NCBI GenBank assembly: GCA_038121585.1
Contig: JAYONY010000002.1
Span: 221,900 to 285,899, forward strand
Reading direction: 5' to 3'
Origin: an archaeon
GTDB taxonomy: Archaea > Nanobdellota > Nanobdellia > Pacearchaeales > GW2011-AR1
DNA length: 64,000 nucleotides
The first letter of the stretch is position 1, and each line of letters starts with the position of its first letter. The position numbers were made by a program, and so were the translations under genes. This document shows positions 53,063-61,347 of the stretch, piece after piece. The notes beneath the pieces were generated by a model. That model had not been told where the DNA came from. It saw only the letters and a list, made by a program, of their open reading frames with translations, and ran no database searches.

Positions 53063-55987
53063 ATGACGTATATCAAGAAATTGGTGATGCACGGGTTCAA
53101 ATCATTCGCGAATAGGACTGAAATAGCGTTCGATCCTGAGATGAATGTTGTTGTTGGACCGAATGGTTCGGGAAAGTCTAATGTCTCGGATGCACTCTGT
53201 TTTGCGTTAGGGAGATTATCGATTAAGTCGATGCGTGCAGCAAAAGCTAAGAATTTAATCTTTATGGGTACAAAAACAAAGAAGCCAGCTTCTGAAGCGA
53301 AGGTTGATGTTGTATTTGATAATGAGAAGGGAACGTTTCCAATTCAAAAAGATGAAGTGGTACTCACAAGAATAGTTCGTCGGTCAGGTCAAAGTATTTA
53401 CAAGATTAATGGGGAAACAAAAACCCGTGGTGACGTGATTGAGACGCTTGCCCAAGCAGGGATTGACCCACATGGATTTAACCTGGTACTCCAAGGTCAA
53501 ATTCAAGCGATTGTAAAAATGCATCCTGAAGAGCGACGAAAAATCTTGGAGGAAGTTGCGGGTATTGCAATTTATGAATCACGAAAGGAAAAGTCGATGA
53601 AGGAACTTGAAAAAACTGAGGCACGGCTTAAAGAAGTAGGTGCAGTACTCAGAGAACGAACTGGTTTTTTGAGGAACTTAGAGCAAGAACGTTCACAAGC
53701 GTTGAAATTCAAGGATCTTGAAAAAACAATTGAGCGTGCTAGGGCTTCGATTGTACAAAAAAAACTTTCCAATAAAGAGAAAGAACTTGCTTCGATTCAA
53801 AAGTCTATTGGGGAAAAGACAAAGCAGAAAGACGAGATGCTTCAAAAAGCTGAATCCGTTGAGGAAGGCATTACTAAAATTCAGGGTGAGATTGAGAAGA
53901 TTAACGAGCATATCAAGCGTTCTACCGGTACTGAACAAGAAACGTTGCGTAATGCAGTGGCTAATTTACGTGCTGAACTTGAGGGCATGCGTGTTCGTAG
54001 AGAGAACTTCTCAAATCGAAAAGATGAAATTGCTAGGAGAATCGAGCAAATGCAAGCGAGTATTCCAGAGCATGAACAAGAAATTGCGGAACTTAGAAAA
54101 GAGTCACCACTTGTAGCAAAAAAACAAGCTGAACTTGCTAAGAAAAAAGAGCTCTTAGCACAACTTGAAGATGAGCGCAAAAAGGTGTATGCACTCAAGT
54201 CTGAACTCAAAGGGCTTAAAGATAGGTTAAAGGATAAGGAAGCGAGTGTTGTCAGAGTTGGTACGGAGTCTGATACGTTACTCAAACAGATTGAAGAGGT
54301 GACGCAAGGGTTTATTCATAAGGACATTGTTGCGTGTGAGGCAGCGCTTGAAACGATGCGTTCTGATGCAACAACGCATAAAGAACAAATTGAACATCAT
54401 GCAAATGAGGTGGTGAAAACCATTGAATCAATCTCAGCTGCCCAGTCAAAAATTGCCGCTGCAGAGGAAATCAAAGGTAATATTGCAGATATTGATGTCT
54501 GCCCACTCTGTCAGAATACGATGACGGAAGAACACTTCAAGCATGTAACCAATGATTCTGAGAAGAAAATTAAAGAAGCAACAGAGATTATTACTCAGGC
54601 AGAACAAACTCGTGCTGCTAGTTCAAAAGTTCGTGAGGACTTACGAACAAAACTTGCAGAGTTAGAAGTTGCGATTGCTCGTGCTGAGCGTGAACGAACA
54701 CACCATACGCTAGTTAAGGATAAGCAATTACTGCTTAAGGAACGTGTAGAACAAGAGAAAGTGCTTAAGGAAGAGATTATAGAACTTGAGAAGCGTCGTG
54801 ATTCTCTAGAAAAGAAAACGATGGACACGAGCAGTCTTGAAGAACGATATGCCGCGACACTACGCGAAATTGAAGAAATATCCTCTCGTACTGAGAAAGA
54901 CTTGGATACTACGCTACTCTACAAAGAGCGAGAGCTTGAAAATATTCGCGGTATTGTAAAGCGAAGCTTAAGCGATAAAAAAGAAGTTGAGGAGGAAATC
55001 GCTGAATTAACAACTGCGATTGATGCTAAGAAAAAAGTTCTTGCTCAGAAAGAAAAAGAAGATGAGGAAATGAATGCTCGATTCAAGAAGCTATTTGAGC
55101 AGAGAGATGCATTGCAAAAGCAAGTGCAAGAAGAGAGTTATAATTTATCATCACAACAAAGTCAGTGGCGCCAAATCGAAGACCAGATTAATTACCTAAA
55201 AGTCGGTAATGCGAAGATTGACGCTGAAAAAGAAGCGTTAGAAATGGAACTTGCTGAATGTGGAGAGTTCGAACTCTTGCCTGGCAGTATTGAAGCACTC
55301 CAAGAACGACTTTCTAAAGCGAAAGCAACTATTCAAACGATTGGCTCAATTAACATGCGAGCATTAGAAGTCTACGACGAAGTTAAGGCAGAATATGATA
55401 AGGTACAAGAAAAAGTAGATACTCTCGATAAGGAGAAACTTGAAATTCTCAAGATTATTGATGAAATCGATGCGAAGAAGAAGCGTACATTCATGAAGAC
55501 GTACAGGGGTATTAACGAATTGTTTGTTCGTAACTTTTCACAGCTTTCTCGTAAAGGGACTGCAGCGCTTGAGATTGAGAATAAACAGGATATCTTTTCT
55601 GGTGGGGTGAATATTGCTATTAAGATGGGTAAGGGGAAGTACTTTGATGTTACCTCGCTTTCTGGCGGAGAGCAGACGCTCATTGCGTTATCATTATTAT
55701 TCGCAATTCAAGAACACAAGCCATATCACTTCTACTTTTTTGATGAAATTGATGCCGCTTTGGACAAGCGTAATTCTGAACGTCTCTCAGCACTCCTTAA
55801 GAAGTATAAACAAGACGGACAGTATCTTGTGGTAACACACAATGACGCAATTATATTGGATTCAAACGTGCTTTACGGGGTTACAATGCACGAAGGAGTC
55901 TCTAAGATATTAAGTATTGAAGTCGGTGATGCAGCTGAGAAAAAGCAAGTAGAACAACCTCAAGAAGCGAGTTCTAGAGCGGAGTAG
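53063..55987 (+). CDS. smc: SMC-family chromosome ATPase with SMC-type heads and a central Rad50/SbcC-like CxxC zinc-hook motif instead of a hinge
   Basis: GFKSF, GPNGSGKSNVSDA, NLVLQGQI, EEVAGIAIYESRKE, LSGGEQTLIALSLLFAIQ, FDEIDAALD. Length 974 aa. CPLCQNTMTEEH at aa 480-491, the midpoint, flanked by heptad-rich sequence on both sides. Confidence 0.85.
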   Translation: MTYIKKLVMHGFKSFANRTEIAFDPEMNVVVGPNGSGKSNVSDALCFALGRLSIKSMRAAKAKNLIFMGTKTKKPASEAKVDVVFDNEKGTFPIQKDEVVLTRIVRRSGQSIYKINGETKTRGDVIETLAQAGIDPHGFNLVLQGQIQAIVKMHPEERRKILEEVAGIAIYESRKEKSMKELEKTEARLKEVGAVLRERTGFLRNLEQERSQALKFKDLEKTIERARASIVQKKLSNKEKELASIQKSIGEKTKQKDEMLQKAESVEEGITKIQGEIEKINEHIKRSTGTEQETLRNAVANLRAELEGMRVRRENFSNRKDEIARRIEQMQASIPEHEQEIAELRKESPLVAKKQAELAKKKELLAQLEDERKKVYALKSELKGLKDRLKDKEASVVRVGTESDTLLKQIEEVTQGFIHKDIVACEAALETMRSDATTHKEQIEHHANEVVKTIESISAAQSKIAAAEEIKGNIADIDVCPLCQNTMTEEHFKHVTNDSEKKIKEATEIITQAEQTRAASSKVREDLRTKLAELEVAIARAERERTHHTLVKDKQLLLKERVEQEKVLKEEIIELEKRRDSLEKKTMDTSSLEERYAATLREIEEISSRTEKDLDTTLLYKERELENIRGIVKRSLSDKKEVEEEIAELTTAIDAKKKVLAQKEKEDEEMNARFKKLFEQRDALQKQVQEESYNLSSQQSQWRQIEDQINYLKVGNAKIDAEKEALEMELAECGEFELLPGSIEALQERLSKAKATIQTIGSINMRALEVYDEVKAEYDKVQEKVDTLDKEKLEILKIIDEIDAKKKRTFMKTYRGINELFVRNFSQLSRKGTAALEIENKQDIFSGGVNIAIKMGKGKYFDVTSLSGGEQTLIALSLLFAIQEHKPYHFYFFDEIDAALDKRNSERLSALLKKYKQDGQYLVVTHNDAIILDSNVLYGVTMHEGVSKILSIEVGDAAEKKQVEQPQEASSRAE

Positions 55988-56034
55988 CAGGCAATTATAA
56001 TTAATGTTATAAACAAAATTTGCTTGTATCAGAA

Positions 56035-56847
56035 ATGAAAAAGAAACCTACTATTGCGTTTATTGCTGGAAGTGGTCTTGCACAAGGTCTTGAAGGAATG
56101 CTTGATTCTGTGGAGAAGCAAGAGGATATTCTTAATGAGTTTGGAAAAGTTTTATCGTATTATACTGGTGAGAATGACGACACAAAAGTAATTATTCTCC
56201 CTCGACATGGGGATTCTAAAGGGACGCCTGCCCGTTCACCTGCAGAACTTGTTGCTCAAAATGGGTATGAGGCGAATATTTGGCAATTACACAAACTTGG
56301 TGCTGATGCAATTATTGGATTTACTGCTGTTGGTTCGCTCGATACTGATTTGCCGTTAGCGAGTGAAGGGCATTTTGGCGTTCCAGTATCATATATTCGT
56401 GGCCTTGCATCTTCACAGCATAGTTTTGGCAAACGGGCAAAGAATGTGCATACTCCAATGAGTGATCCGTTCGACGTTGACCTTAACAATCGAGTTATGA
56501 GGGCAATGGATACAGCTGGCGTAGAATATGATGAGGTAGTCTATATCTACAATGGTGGGGATGCGTTTGAAACACCGCATGAAATAGCAGTGCTTGATAG
56601 AATAACGAAAGGCGGGTTTGGACCGCATAATCAGCAAAAACGAGTGGTTGGTATGACGACAGTTCCAGAAGTGATGCTCGCAAATCAACTGAACATTCCT
56701 TTTTCAGCAGTGTGTTCTAATGTAAATTACGCTGAAGGATTATCTAATGAGACACCAGTAAGTCATGGTCAAACGCTTGACGTGATGGGCAAGGCAGAAC
56801 CGTATATTCTCAATATTGCAGAAGAAATAGTTCGTTCTTACAAATAA
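56035..56847 (+). CDS. mtnP: S-methyl-5'-thioadenosine phosphorylase / purine nucleoside phosphorylase family
   Basis: IAFIAGSGL, LPRHG, VVGMTTVPEV; 270 aa. ATG 56035 preferred over TTG 56020. Confidence 0.7.
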   Translation: MKKKPTIAFIAGSGLAQGLEGMLDSVEKQEDILNEFGKVLSYYTGENDDTKVIILPRHGDSKGTPARSPAELVAQNGYEANIWQLHKLGADAIIGFTAVGSLDTDLPLASEGHFGVPVSYIRGLASSQHSFGKRAKNVHTPMSDPFDVDLNNRVMRAMDTAGVEYDEVVYIYNGGDAFETPHEIAVLDRITKGGFGPHNQQKRVVGMTTVPEVMLANQLNIPFSAVCSNVNYAEGLSNETPVSHGQTLDVMGKAEPYILNIAEEIVRSYK

Positions 56848-56893
56848 AAATTCCTCTTCTTCCCCTTCTTCCCGTGTGGAAAAAAGGATCGAT

Positions 56894-56914
56894 TAAAAAA
56901 TAAAAAAAATAAAA
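56894..56914 (-). terminator. oligo-T tract downstream of the 56928..58172 gene
   Basis: The minus strand reads TTTTATTTTTTTTATTTTTT shortly after the stop codon, an archaeal-type terminator signal. Confidence 0.4.
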
Positions 56915-56927
56915 TTGGCTTGGCTAC

Positions 56928-58172
56928 TTAGTAGTAGCTTTCGCCAAACTCTTCGTTCTTTTCAGGCTTGCGTGTTAGCAATACGATTAGCACAACTAAG
57001 AGCACTACAAAGATAATTGCAAGTACTACGGTAAGTAATACTGCAGAGTCTCCAGCCACTGAGGAGCGACCTTCAACGTTAGCCATGTAGTTTTGCGTCT
57101 TAACGAGCTCACCGTCAGAGTGTACGTTAACAGCAAAGTCGTAGTTTCCGTTCTCAGGAGCGGATGCTACAAATTGTACTGTTCGACTACTTCCTGCTGG
57201 TACTGCGATTACGGACTCATCAAAGTTGATGGTAAGGCCGTCTGCTGATTCTAGAATAAGGTCGTAGACCTTAATCTGGTTTCCAGCGTTTACCACAGTC
57301 AGGGTGTAGGCTTGTTCTTCTCCAGCAGCAAATGTTTTGCTAGTGGTTGAAGTAACTACCGCACTCTCTTCGCTTGCGCCCAGAACAACTACCTTTCGGG
57401 TTACAACTGTTGTTGAGTCGTCAGTAAACGCTTCAACCTCAAGTGTGTAAACACCTGCTGGTACGTCTTTTGGAACTCGTAGGAATATACGGCCAGCTTC
57501 GCTGTCGTACTCATTGTCCGCTTCGTCGCCTACAGGGTCTTGCTCTGCAATATCGCCGAGGAACAACATCTTACTAATTCCAGCTTCTGGTATACTTGCC
57601 CGGATAAAGGTGTCAAGTGCTTCTTGTCGGCCTCGGTTCTTAACAACTACGTCTACTGCAAGATTGTCTCCTGCTTGCACACGGTCGTCAGCTTCAACAG
57701 CTAAGATTTCAAGCTCGTAGCTTGATCGCTGAATTCTCATTGCAGCGTCATAACTGTCAAGTTCTCCATCGTTATTGTTCTCAAGAGTAATCTCAAGAAC
57801 AAAGTTGTCATCAAGGTCTTCGTCAAGGTCGTAAGGAAGTTGTACGTTGAATAATCGACTGTACGTGCTTCCACCGAGTACTTCGAATCGCTCGCTAACT
57901 GCGGAGAAACCAGGCTCACCACGGATACGTGCTACAAGGCGAACGTCTTCATTAACGTCTCCTGCTGCACCCGTGCCTGTGAATGTTACCCAAACAGGGA
58001 TAACTTCACCAGCTGAAACACCAAGTGTAGAACCCAGGTTAGCTCCATTTTCAAGAAAATCTACGCCGTTAACGGAGATATCTTCAAATGCAGCCTGTGC
58101 ACTTACACTAGGGACAAGTGCTGCAATGGCAAACATTGCAACGAACAAGCCAAAGATGGTATGTTTTTTCAT
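56928..58172 (-). CDS. cell-surface (S-layer-like/CARDB-like) protein with signal peptide and C-terminal TM anchor
   Basis: MKKHTIFGLFVAMFAIAALVPSVSAQA signal, acidic beta-rich repeats (VVVKNRGRQ), C-terminal LLTVVLAIIFVVLLVVLIVLLTRK. Confidence 0.6.
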   Translation of the reverse strand: MKKHTIFGLFVAMFAIAALVPSVSAQAAFEDISVNGVDFLENGANLGSTLGVSAGEVIPVWVTFTGTGAAGDVNEDVRLVARIRGEPGFSAVSERFEVLGGSTYSRLFNVQLPYDLDEDLDDNFVLEITLENNNDGELDSYDAAMRIQRSSYELEILAVEADDRVQAGDNLAVDVVVKNRGRQEALDTFIRASIPEAGISKMLFLGDIAEQDPVGDEADNEYDSEAGRIFLRVPKDVPAGVYTLEVEAFTDDSTTVVTRKVVVLGASEESAVVTSTTSKTFAAGEEQAYTLTVVNAGNQIKVYDLILESADGLTINFDESVIAVPAGSSRTVQFVASAPENGNYDFAVNVHSDGELVKTQNYMANVEGRSSVAGDSAVLLTVVLAIIFVVLLVVLIVLLTRKPEKNEEFGESYY

Positions 58173-58309
58173 GGTGTACCTAAATAAATTTAGTTACTAT
58201 TGGCACTAACTTTTCGTTTTTAAACTTTATGGTAATGACAAATTAGAAGAAACTATTAAGTAATAACAAAATTTATAAGGTATAGAGCGCTGCACCAGAG
58301 TATACCCCA

Positions 58310-58531
58310 ATGGCAACGACGACAATCAAGCTCAACCGTAAAACCAAAGAACGCCTTGATAAACTCAAGGTGACTGATTCTATTAGCTATGATGGAGTAA
58401 TTCAAGAAGTCTTGGGTATATTAAACCTTTTAAAGAATGCTCCCTATGATGCACAAGAGCGACTTACTGCTATTGAAGTATTACGTAAGAAAGCTGTGGT
58501 AAAGAAGGGGGTTGAAAAAGACAATGTATAA
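58310..58531 (+). CDS. ribbon-helix-helix (CopG/antitoxin-like) protein
   Basis: TTIKLNRKTKERLDKLK strand-helix followed by SYDGVIQEVLGIL helix; 73 aa. Confidence 0.55.
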   Translation: MATTTIKLNRKTKERLDKLKVTDSISYDGVIQEVLGILNLLKNAPYDAQERLTAIEVLRKKAVVKKGVEKDNV

Positions 58532-58961
58532 CCACTATTTGTATGCATACGCACCAAAAGAGGGTACTATGTTGAACCCTTCAGATTCTATTTTTTATCG
58601 GAATGGGCATAAACCGAGTGATAAAATTCCTATGCTTGGTAGGGAGGATGAAGCTTTACAATTAATTGCAATTCATCCAGAGCGACTTAAGGAAGAAGGC
58701 ATTATTGAAGGAGGACAGTTTGTTGAGATTCCCCTTGATAAAGGGTTCGTAAATGCACATGAAACTAAAATGGCAGTGAGGCATGGTGACACTATTTCGT
58801 CTTTTGGAATTCCTGCAATTACTACCTACGAAAGAATTCCTCCAGAAGCTCGAAAAAATGGTTCTAAAAAAGGTCGTGGCCTTGAGGCATTAGCAGACAT
58901 ACCTATTATTTTACATAATGGAACACTTGACGTTAGCTCCTATAAGAAATTTGAATGTTAA
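58524..58961 (+). CDS. hypothetical 145-aa protein translationally coupled to the RHH gene
   Basis: ATG 58524 overlaps the RHH stop by 8 nt (ATGTATAA); no known toxin motif recognised. Confidence 0.5.
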   Translation: MYNHYLYAYAPKEGTMLNPSDSIFYRNGHKPSDKIPMLGREDEALQLIAIHPERLKEEGIIEGGQFVEIPLDKGFVNAHETKMAVRHGDTISSFGIPAITTYERIPPEARKNGSKKGRGLEALADIPIILHNGTLDVSSYKKFEC

Positions 58962-59737
58962 TTTTTCATTTTCTCATACAACGACAATCCTTCAATAGCG
59001 TCGTCAAGTTGTGTTGGTGATTCATTTATAATAACGCATTCTTTATCTTTTGGTAGGTTGTTGAGTAATGTTTCCCATTCTTCTTTCAAGGTTGTCTTAT
59101 GATGTTTTTCGCCGAGGTCGCCATAGACAATGCCTGAGAAGTGAATGTGCCAGTAGTTGCCCGGAAACAACTTTGCAATTTTATCATAATCAACTGTTTT
59201 ATCTCGTGCTAAAATATGCGCGAAGTCAATGCAAAATGAACAGCCCGTATCTTTGACCAGTTGACTTATTTCTTCAATACTTCCAAACACATTGACTTTT
59301 CCCATTGTTTCTGGAGCAAGTAATATCTTCCACCCTTTCTCTTTACGAATGTCCATGAGCTCTCGTATACCATCGCGTATTGCGGTATACGCTGCGCTAC
59401 GTTCACCTTTTCCATAATAGCCTGGGTGAAACACAACTGATTTTGCACCCATAAGCTCGCCAATTTCACAACACGCAAGAATGCGTTGTTTAGTCGCTTC
59501 TCGTTTTTCCTTATCTACTGCATTCAAGTTAACATAATAAGGAGCATGAATACTCAAAGTAATCCCAAGTTCCTTTGCTTTTTTTCCAATGCGAATAGCG
59601 TCTTCCTCTTTCTTCATATAGATAGAATGCGTAAATGCAAGCTCACACGCACGAAGGCCTGCAGCATGCAATTGTTCTAAAAAGCTTTCAGCAGTTTTTA
59701 TAGGTCCAAGTCCTGAAGGTCCAAATATAACACCCAT
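58958..59737 (-). CDS. endonuclease IV (Nfo)-like xylose-isomerase-fold TIM barrel
   Basis: SIHAPYYVNLN, VVFHPGYY, LLAPETMGK, CIDFAHILA, HIHFSGIVYGDLGEKHH. Confidence 0.65.
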   Translation of the reverse strand: MGVIFGPSGLGPIKTAESFLEQLHAAGLRACELAFTHSIYMKKEEDAIRIGKKAKELGITLSIHAPYYVNLNAVDKEKREATKQRILACCEIGELMGAKSVVFHPGYYGKGERSAAYTAIRDGIRELMDIRKEKGWKILLAPETMGKVNVFGSIEEISQLVKDTGCSFCIDFAHILARDKTVDYDKIAKLFPGNYWHIHFSGIVYGDLGEKHHKTTLKEEWETLLNNLPKDKECVIINESPTQLDDAIEGLSLYEKMKN

Positions 59738-59738
59738 A

Positions 59739-60461
59739 TTACTTTTCAGGTAGCGGAGTATAAGAAGGTTGTCGTGGAGGGGGCATTATAAGCACATCAC
59801 GATACACATTTCTAAGTGCTTCAGGTGCATAGACATCTTCAAGGAGCAAGAGTTCACTCGCATGGCAGGTAGCTTCTTCAAGGTCACCAACACCGAAAAT
59901 ATCTTGTCCCAAACTTATTCTACTCACCCTATCTGCGATGTATTGGGGAAATGTATACTGTTCATACGGGGAGGGTAATTGCTCAGTTATAAAGTAGGTT
60001 TCTTTGCATGCTGCAGTATATGCTGTATTAAATGCATCAACGTCTAGTATGTTTCGTTCAATGGCGTGATGCATATATTCATGAATGAGCATCTGACGAA
60101 GTTCTAGTGCACCCCATCGGTATGATTGTGAGAGGACTATTTTATCTCCTGTCCCACTACCTGTAAAAAGCCCTGCTATTCTGCTCCATCCATTTGCTCC
60201 GATAGTATATGCTGGGGAAAAAGAGATTCCTGAAACTACTGGGATGTCTTCGAGTGCTTCGAGTGCTTGTGGCGTTAGGTGGTCCTGTCTTATTTCAGCG
60301 ATGGTATTGTTGCGCATATCTTGTTTGCTAATAGGATCATGTTCAAAGAATACATCAATGTGAAGTTGTGAGACATGTTCTACTGGTTGAGGGGTTGTAC
60401 AACCTGTGAGATGTGCTGTTAGAATTGTGGGAAGTACTGCACTTCGCAGAATCTTTTTCAT
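59739..60461 (-). CDS. putative lipoprotein-type secreted zinc metallopeptidase (HExxH)
   Basis: Signal with lipobox-like LTGC, MLIHEYMHHAIE HExxH motif; starts 1 nt after the upstream gene. Confidence 0.5.
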   Translation of the reverse strand: MKKILRSAVLPTILTAHLTGCTTPQPVEHVSQLHIDVFFEHDPISKQDMRNNTIAEIRQDHLTPQALEALEDIPVVSGISFSPAYTIGANGWSRIAGLFTGSGTGDKIVLSQSYRWGALELRQMLIHEYMHHAIERNILDVDAFNTAYTAACKETYFITEQLPSPYEQYTFPQYIADRVSRISLGQDIFGVGDLEEATCHASELLLLEDVYAPEALRNVYRDVLIMPPPRQPSYTPLPEK

Positions 60462-60493
60462 ACTAGGGCGTATAGTTCAAATTTTTTAAGGAT

Positions 60494-60967
60494 TTAGATA
60501 CCAGTTATATCCTCTTGTATCTCTCCTAGATTAGCTATAATATACTCGTGGAGTTGTGCGATGATTCGTTCTTGAAGACCTTCTTTAAGCCGTCCATGGC
60601 ATAAGTCAAGGTTTTTTTCAGGGTATTCGATTATCTCTAAAGGATAGTTGCAAATCATCGATTGACCGACTAAGCTTTCAATAGCGAGAGAACCTCGCTT
60701 AGCGTTTAGCAGTGTAACTTCAATTTCACATTGGTTTTTTCGCTCACCTAAGATTTCATAACCCCACGTTGCTTCAGGTTCTTCATTTATAAAGCGTATT
60801 TTATCACATGAAAACATGCTTGTTTCAAAACAGGTTTCTGTAACGCAAGCTTCTACTTTTGTAACATTGTAGAGGATTATAACAAGTAATGCTACTACGA
60901 TAATACTAACAATACGGATTATTAGTTTTCGCTCTTCAGTTTTATGATGTTCCACTTCTTTATGCAT
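60494..60967 (-). CDS. N-terminally anchored Cys-rich extracytoplasmic hypothetical protein
   Basis: TM IVSIIVVALLVIILY followed by a 6-Cys domain. Confidence 0.45.
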   Translation of the reverse strand: MHKEVEHHKTEERKLIIRIVSIIVVALLVIILYNVTKVEACVTETCFETSMFSCDKIRFINEEPEATWGYEILGERKNQCEIEVTLLNAKRGSLAIESLVGQSMICNYPLEIIEYPEKNLDLCHGRLKEGLQERIIAQLHEYIIANLGEIQEDITGI

Positions 60968-61008
60968 GTGCTAAAAACGCGGTTGTGCTATATAAGGTTT
61001 TTTCGAAC

Positions 61009-61347
61009 TTACAAACTGACAAGTTCAACATTTCCTTCTGCGTAAGAAAAGTTTGTTGCCCCAATATACTTAACTTGTTTTTCTTCACAGGTTAAAACAA
61101 GTGACTTGGTAGCTGCTCCATCAACAATAACTGCAAAAACAGGCGTACGTGATCGTTTAATAGCGTATGGTGCATCACGAGCACTTACATCACGAATACG
61201 TGTAAGTCCTGCTGTAAGAAGTCGTGCTTTTCGAGTGCCTACAATATCAGAAAATGCATCTTTAAGGCCTTGTTTAACGTCTCCTTCATAAGGAGTTATT
61301 GGTGATTCTTCAGTACGAGTTAGCGGTTTTTTTTTACGTTTCGCTTT
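61009..61347 (-). CDS. dnaG: DnaG C-terminal domain segment, encoded in the -1 frame relative to the upstream part and lacking its own start codon
   Basis: Open frame KAKRKKKPLTRTEESPITPYEGDVKQGLKDAFSDIVGTRKARLL..PVFAVIVDGAATKSLVLTCEEKQVKYIGATNF resembles the archaeal DnaG C-terminal region. There is no ATG/GTG, and the only TTG is the last sense codon. Confidence 0.6.
   Translation of the reverse strand, partial: KAKRKKKPLTRTEESPITPYEGDVKQGLKDAFSDIVGTRKARLLTAGLTRIRDVSARDAPYAIKRSRTPVFAVIVDGAATKSLVLTCEEKQVKYIGATNFSYAEGNVELVSL

Noticed and set aside
53572-55683. Minus-strand and alternative-frame ORFs within the SMC gene (for example 53881..54285 and 53718..54116)
   Set aside because: They are artefacts of the E/K/L-rich coiled-coil coding sequence, with S/L/F-rich or K/R-rich nonsense composition.
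53063-55987. Calling this gene Rad50 because of the CPLC hook
   Set aside because: The N- and C-terminal head motifs (GFKSF, LQGQI, EEVAGI.Y, FDEIDAALD) are SMC-specific rather than Rad50-type. No Mre11 gene is adjacent. It is kept as an SMC with an atypical apex.
61106-61291. 61-aa plus-strand ORF
   Set aside because: It lies antisense to the start-less frame that encodes the DnaG C-terminal domain.
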